Assembly (NCBI GenBank): GCA_041576165.1
Contig: JBFGLM010000020.1
Location: 1-64,000 of the forward strand
Source: Acidimicrobiia bacterium
Lineage (GTDB): Bacteria; Actinomycetota; Acidimicrobiia; Spongiisociales; Spongiisociaceae
Direction: 5' to 3'
Length of the DNA stretch: 64,000 bases
Shown here: piece by piece, positions 58,994 to 64,000 of the stretch
Layout: every line of letters starts with the position of its first letter
How positions within the stretch are numbered: position 1 is the first letter of the stretch
The notes under the pieces: generated by a model
The model's database searches: none
Told to the model about the DNA's origin: nothing
What the model saw: the letters and a program-made list of their open reading frames with translations, nothing else
Position numbers and translations under genes: made by a program

Positions 58994-60619
58994 TCAGCGG
59001 TGGGCCCATTCGAGGAAATCTACCCTGGCCCAGGTATTGACTACCGCCTCGGGGCGAACACCGGCCTGCTGCATCACCGCAACGGAGTGGGCCACATTGT
59101 CGAGCTCATGCAGCCGGTGGGCGTCGCTGTTGGCTGCGAGCAGCACACCGGAAGCAACCGCGGAGGCGACCAGGTCTGCTGAGAGGTCGAGCCGGTCGCG
59201 GTGTCCGTTGACCTCGAGCGCCGTCCCGCTTGCGGCCGCAGCTTCAAGAACGGCATCTACGTCGAGATCGAATGGGGGGCGAATTCCGATACGGCGCCCC
59301 GTTGGGTGAGCGAGCACGCGAACAGCCGGGTGGGCCAAGGCTCGGACCACCCGTGCCGTCTGTTCCTTCCGGCTGAGGTCGAAGTGCGAGTGGCAACCGG
59401 CAACAACGAAGTCGAGCCACCCCAGCGTCTGATCGTCGAGGTCGGGGTTTCCATTGCGGTCGATGTTGATCTCGGCGCCATGCAGGATGACCAGATCTGA
59501 ATATCGAGAACGGAGCTCGTTGATCTCTGCGCGCTGCGTGCGCAACCCCGCCGCGTCCAGCGCTCCAAAGCGGAGTCCCACCGGGTGGTCGGTGATCACC
59601 AGATAGCCATACCCCCGCGCCTGCGCTTGGTTCGCTGCGTCCTCGAGACGCATGTGGCCGTCTGGCGACCAGTCGGTGTGAACGTGGAGATCTCCTCGCA
59701 GGTTCGAGGCCGTCACCAGGTTGGTGGCGTCGATCAGGCGGCCCGTCCTGGCAGGAGGAGGAATCCACGCTACGCCGGCACCGGCGTAGACGTCTTCTTC
59801 CGTTGAGTGATCGGTGTGTTCGCGGAACAGCAGGCGTACGTGGTCGGTGGGTCCGGTCGCTGCGACGAGCGCTGAGCCCGCGCGAGCGGGTGGGCTCAAG
59901 AGCACGGTCGCAGCGGCCCCGCTGTGTAGTCGCAGTGCGACCCGATCGGCGGCAGCCTCGGACCCGGACGCAAGCGCCGTCCGTGACAGAAAGTCGATTG
60001 CTGGCTCAATCCGGTCAGTGACCATTAGCAGATCTAGCGCCTCCACCCATTCGGTCACCCGCCGGACTTGGCCGGCAACCTGCACGGCGCCGTCAGCGTA
60101 TTGATCGAGGTGGGCGGCCAGGCGACCGGCGATCACCGCCGCATCATGCGCCGGCAGTGCCTCTGGCGAGGGCGGCATGGTCAAGACCCGTTCCCACATC
60201 GCCGCCGTGGCCGGGCCGACACCGTTGAGTGTTTCGGCCGCGCCGGCGTCGATGGCGAGCAGCAGGTCATTGACGGTGTCGATACCCAAATCGACCTTCA
60301 TTGCCCGGAGTCGATCGGCTCGCATTCGCGGGAGGCGAAGCATCGTTGATGCATCGCGCGGATAGCGGCTCAGCATGTCCTCTAGTTCCGGCACGCGGCC
60401 GGTCTCACGAAACTCACGGATGACCCGCGCAATGCCGCTCCCGATCCCGTTGACCCTTGTTAGTTCTTCATCGGAACCCTTCAGATCTTCAGGCAGGTTG
60501 TCCAGTGCCCATACCGCTCGTTCGTAGGCTCTCGCCCGGAACGACCGTCGGGTGTCACTCCTCAGAAGTTCGGACAGCTTCCACAGCGCCGCGCCGAGCT
60601 CTCTTCGCTTTGATGTCAC
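58994..60619 (-). CDS. polX: PolX-PHP protein (DNA polymerase X / 3'-5' exonuclease)
   Basis: FRARAYERA; GIGSG HhH; DLHVHTDWS.DG; TDH; AHPTGR; NSDAH. Confidence 0.88.
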   Translation of the reverse strand: MTSKRRELGAALWKLSELLRSDTRRSFRARAYERAVWALDNLPEDLKGSDEELTRVNGIGSGIARVIREFRETGRVPELEDMLSRYPRDASTMLRLPRMRADRLRAMKVDLGIDTVNDLLLAIDAGAAETLNGVGPATAAMWERVLTMPPSPEALPAHDAAVIAGRLAAHLDQYADGAVQVAGQVRRVTEWVEALDLLMVTDRIEPAIDFLSRTALASGSEAAADRVALRLHSGAAATVLLSPPARAGSALVAATGPTDHVRLLFREHTDHSTEEDVYAGAGVAWIPPPARTGRLIDATNLVTASNLRGDLHVHTDWSPDGHMRLEDAANQAQARGYGYLVITDHPVGLRFGALDAAGLRTQRAEINELRSRYSDLVILHGAEINIDRNGNPDLDDQTLGWLDFVVAGCHSHFDLSRKEQTARVVRALAHPAVRVLAHPTGRRIGIRPPFDLDVDAVLEAAAASGTALEVNGHRDRLDLSADLVASAVASGVLLAANSDAHRLHELDNVAHSVAVMQQAGVRPEAVVNTWARVDFLEWAHR

Positions 60620-60664
60620 CCGGGGAGTATGCCCGGCCCGCGGGCGACCCGGGCCGGGCGCAGG

Positions 60665-61366
60665 TCAAACCGGACGACCTTCGGCGTCGATCACGTACGT
60701 GTTGCCGGTCGAATTCGCCAGCTCCTGGAGGAGGCGCAGCTTGTATAGCTCTGGATTGTCTCGCATCAGCGATGCGGCGTTTGCCAGATTGCGCAGCGCC
60801 GCCGTTTCCCCTCGAGCGCGTTCGAGTGCGGCCTGGCCGGCCAGCCGGGCCTCCACGATTTGCGCCAGCAATCTGCGCTGTTCGCCCGGCACTACCAGGT
60901 CGCGCACAGCCAGGCGCGATACATCGACGCCCAGTTGGGCTGCAGCATCCTGCGCCGCCGCCAAGAGTGGATCGTCCAGCTCGGCCCGGTTGGCGATGAG
61001 ATCCTCCAGCGCAGCTGCACCGACCGCCGCCCGCAGCGCCAATTGCACCTCGACGTACAACTGAGATCGCCAGTCGCCCGCACGCAGCGCTGCGACCGGG
61101 TCGGTGACGTTGGTGACCACTGCGACCGTGGCCCGGACGGTGACCCCGTCGGATGTCAGGATTTCCTGGCTTGGCACGATCAGCGTCTGTGGGACTGCGG
61201 CCATGCGCGAGACCCGATCTCTGCGCCGCGAAAGGCGATACCGGCCGGGAGGAAGCACGCGCGTCACCTTGCCGTTGCGCAGCAGCACGACATGCTCGAG
61301 CTCGGTTACCACGATCCGACGTGGCGGTTTGGTCACTTGTTCAGGCGTATACATTGTCCAGGCCAT
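60665..61366 (-). CDS. Slipin / SPFH (band 7) family protein
   Basis: QEILTSDGVTVR; LERARGETAALRNLANAA..M..NP.L..LR. Confidence 0.88.
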   Translation of the reverse strand: MAWTMYTPEQVTKPPRRIVVTELEHVVLLRNGKVTRVLPPGRYRLSRRRDRVSRMAAVPQTLIVPSQEILTSDGVTVRATVAVVTNVTDPVAALRAGDWRSQLYVEVQLALRAAVGAAALEDLIANRAELDDPLLAAAQDAAAQLGVDVSRLAVRDLVVPGEQRRLLAQIVEARLAGQAALERARGETAALRNLANAASLMRDNPELYKLRLLQELANSTGNTYVIDAEGRPV

Positions 61367-61384
61367 CGTTGTCCTCGTGCGGCC

Positions 61385-61635
61385 GGGGTCGGTCGGCACC
61401 GCCGTACGGCGGGAGCCCGAAGCTCGCAGAGCCGTGCGGCGATGTGCGCCGAAGCGCGTCCGACCTTCCCAAGCCGGTAAATGGGGAGTTGAACCCCGGT
61501 TCGTTAACCGTTGCCGGCAGGCCAACGGGGAAACGGGCGAGGCTACGCCCGCCCGGCCTCAGACTCTGCCGGCGGGGAACAGCCTACGGCGACCCGTGCG
61601 CTGCTCGCACTGCTTTTAGGCCACCGCTGGGTCGT
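61385..61635 (-). ncRNA. Candidate structured RNA with a tRNA-like T-loop module upstream of slipin
   Basis: GGGG-TTCAACT-CCCC T-arm, two TTCG hairpins and several nested helices on the minus strand. Confidence 0.6.
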
Positions 61636-61790
61636 TGGAAGGACTTCCCGCCGGATGTCAGAATCGGCACGGTCTCCCTGTGGTCGTAGCCCAAGGGACA
61701 GGCTATGACGTCGTCGAGATCCGGTCGGTGCTGGTCGCGCAGCCCGCAGACGGACGGGGCACGCCAGGCGGTATCAGGATCCGCGGCAGG

Positions 61791-62348
61791 TCACCCGCTA
61801 CCGGGATCTATCTTCACGCCTGAGAAGCTGACATCGACAGCTTCCGCGTAGCGCCGGCCGTTCTTCTTGTCGTGACGATGGAAGGTGGGCGGGTCAACGT
61901 GAACGTCGATCTGATACGAAGCGGCTTCGGGCACCGTCACGTTGGCGCCGTAGTGGTACAGCCACGGATGCCACAGCATGGGGAGCCGTCCCTCGAATGC
62001 GACGGCGCCGGTCGATTCGTCGGTCACCTTGACCGTCACCTCGAGCCCGGGGATGAACCGGTGGTCGGCCGCGTCACGAACCGAGATCTCGATGTGGGCG
62101 TTGTATTCGTCAGGCTCGCGCCAGACGAGGCTGCCGTCGACCATCTCGTGCATACCCTCGGCGCCTTCGATGGCATAGGCCACAATTACGTCACCGACGT
62201 GCTCATCGCCACCCGCGTCAGCGACCGTGTTGGCCATGTGGTGGAGAGCCGTTACGTATGCGTCACCCTGGGCCTGAGCCATGCGATGCTGATGAGGGGC
62301 GGCCTCGTCCGACGCCTTGGTCGGCGGGACACCGGTCGTCTGAGTCAT
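61791..62348 (-). CDS. P19/Tp34-family iron/copper-binding protein
   Basis: AIEGAEGM; AHIE; RFIP.L.V; HYGANV; PPTFHRHD; GGAGG RBS. Confidence 0.8.
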   Translation of the reverse strand: MTQTTGVPPTKASDEAAPHQHRMAQAQGDAYVTALHHMANTVADAGGDEHVGDVIVAYAIEGAEGMHEMVDGSLVWREPDEYNAHIEISVRDAADHRFIPGLEVTVKVTDESTGAVAFEGRLPMLWHPWLYHYGANVTVPEAASYQIDVHVDPPTFHRHDKKNGRRYAEAVDVSFSGVKIDPGSG

Positions 62349-62502
62349 GATGTGGCCTCCGCTGCTTCCTGCGATGTGCACCATCAGTACCCGGCTACCG
62401 GGCTGAGGAAACACGACGCACCGATGACGCGGCTGGCGCCGGTGGGTTGCCCCCGGGCCAGCCGCATGGGACCGGCCTGCATCTGACGCGCTGCCCTGGC
62501 TG

Positions 62503-63996
62503 CTATTCGCCGACCACCTCCACCGTACGTGCGCCGGGTTCGCCACCGAGGGCGATGCGGCGCAGGGCAACGTTGTTGTCGGAGCGTATCTCCTCGAGCC
62601 GGCCGTCTTGGTTGGTCGCCACCTCCAGGAGGTACTCGCCATTCGGGACGTCCGTGATGTCGATCCACTGGCCGGGAACGCTCTGGTAGTAGGAGTCGCC
62701 CCAGCCGACTTGGAGGATCTCCCTTATCCACATGGCTCCGAAGAAACCGCATCTCGTCTCGAGGGCAGCATCCGACGGGCGATAGTCGGCGTGGGGAATG
62801 GTCAGGTCGATGGGGTCGGTGGGCATCAGGCAGAAGGCCTCCTTGCCGCTGACTGCGACCGGGTTGCCGGCGTCGTCGATGATGCGGTATTGCGCGAAGT
62901 CCTTGAAGTGCCAGTGCCGGTGACCTGGCACCGGGTCATATTCGAGTTCCCCGACGAGTTCGCGGGACACGATCACGCCGTCCTGGTAGAGGTATTGATA
63001 GGCGTCCATCACTGGTTCGCCGAGACGCCGAAACCCTTCGACGACCAGCGGACCATCGCCACCGTTCCACACGTTGGCGCCGAAAATGATGGCGTCGACC
63101 CCCTCAGAGCCCGGGTCGTCCGGGCCGGCCATCATGATGTTGAACGGTGGGAGGGCGATCAGGTCTGGCAGACCGCTGGCGTCGGCGGCAACTTCTGGAG
63201 CCTGGGGGGTCTGCGCCGCCAGGCCGTGGATGTCGCCGACTGGCGGCCCCGTGGCCAGATCTCCGAGTCCCCCGTCGGTCTCGTCGCCGGTGGCGACCGT
63301 TACTGCCATTGAGGCGCGGGCCCGGTTGGCAGGGATTCCGAACAATCTGCGGTATCTGGGTTTGATCTCGATGTCGAGACGGTAGGTGCCGTCCGGCACT
63401 GCACGATCTACGAAAATCGAATCGGGTGCCCGCCCGGTCCAGCCGGCGTCGATGCCCCACACCATGCCGGTGGTGAGTTCACTGACGACGCAGGAATCGG
63501 CAAACTCGGACGTGGACGGACCGGTGTCATCCAGTCGTGCCCGATCCCACGTGAGCGGACAGAACGGGATGTCGGCAGAATGGACGACGCCGCCGGCTTC
63601 TGTCGACATTGTGACGTTGAAAAAGGCGTCGAATCCCTGGCTGAGATCGGGCACCGTCCAACCGGGTAGGCGGCGCGTGCGGGCTATCTCACCTGCGTCG
63701 TCACGCACAATTTGCCGAGCGGTGATCTCGCCGTCGCGCTGGCGGTTCACGTGTACTTCGAACTCGCCGCCGGTGGCTGCTACGAAGCTGGGCAGTCCTT
63801 CGAGGACGAAGGAGCCTTCTGGGGACCGGACCTGGTCGATCTCGGACTCAGTGACGATCAGCCGCAGCGAAGGGAAGCTCGGGCGGGGCGAAGGTTGCGC
63901 GTCGGACTCGGCTTCCGCTCCTATCGACGCGCCGCTGATCAGGAGCGCGGTGATGATGGCCAGGCTGGCCAGACGGGTCACACGGATGAACCGCAT
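62503..63996 (-). CDS. Secreted lysyl oxidase family protein
   Basis: Signal peptide; PDL; HRHWH Cu site; KEAFCL; GWGDSY; QWIDITDVPNG.Y. Confidence 0.88.
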   Translation of the reverse strand: MRFIRVTRLASLAIITALLISGASIGAEAESDAQPSPRPSFPSLRLIVTESEIDQVRSPEGSFVLEGLPSFVAATGGEFEVHVNRQRDGEITARQIVRDDAGEIARTRRLPGWTVPDLSQGFDAFFNVTMSTEAGGVVHSADIPFCPLTWDRARLDDTGPSTSEFADSCVVSELTTGMVWGIDAGWTGRAPDSIFVDRAVPDGTYRLDIEIKPRYRRLFGIPANRARASMAVTVATGDETDGGLGDLATGPPVGDIHGLAAQTPQAPEVAADASGLPDLIALPPFNIMMAGPDDPGSEGVDAIIFGANVWNGGDGPLVVEGFRRLGEPVMDAYQYLYQDGVIVSRELVGELEYDPVPGHRHWHFKDFAQYRIIDDAGNPVAVSGKEAFCLMPTDPIDLTIPHADYRPSDAALETRCGFFGAMWIREILQVGWGDSYYQSVPGQWIDITDVPNGEYLLEVATNQDGRLEEIRSDNNVALRRIALGGEPGARTVEVVGE

Positions 63997-64000
63997 GATG

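Noticed and set aside
61473-61518. tRNA gene
   Set aside because: It has a T-arm but no anticodon arm or CCA end; reported as a tRNA-like RNA instead.

Overview
GC-rich bacterial DNA whose gene content points to Actinomycetota, most likely Acidimicrobiia. Supporting genes include F420-dependent DDN-type reductases, a mycothiol-dependent MDMPI protein, a SARP/BTAD-STAND-WD40 giant and Thr-rich lipoproteins. The window is accessory/metabolic: about 55 CDS and several frameshifted remnants, with no rRNA, complete tRNA, CRISPR array or transposase. Four things stand out. (1) A Rieske + molybdopterin pair (54851-57882) in aioBA order. Its large subunit has IdrA-like rather than canonical AioA motifs, it has no cytochrome c peroxidases, and it is flanked by a divergent membrane-anchored cytochrome c. 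(2) A ~250-nt structured non-coding region (T-loop tRNA-like module plus a segment resembling the 23S L11-binding site) upstream of a slipin/SPFH gene and a PolX-PHP gene. (3) A yybP-ykoY riboswitch with a coupled 20-aa uORF ahead of a P-type ATPase. (4) A dTMP-kinase-like/DAG-kinase-like fusion coupled to an acyl-ligase-ACP-acyltransferase. All family assignments come from motif recognition by eye and from remembered family consensus; no database searches were run.
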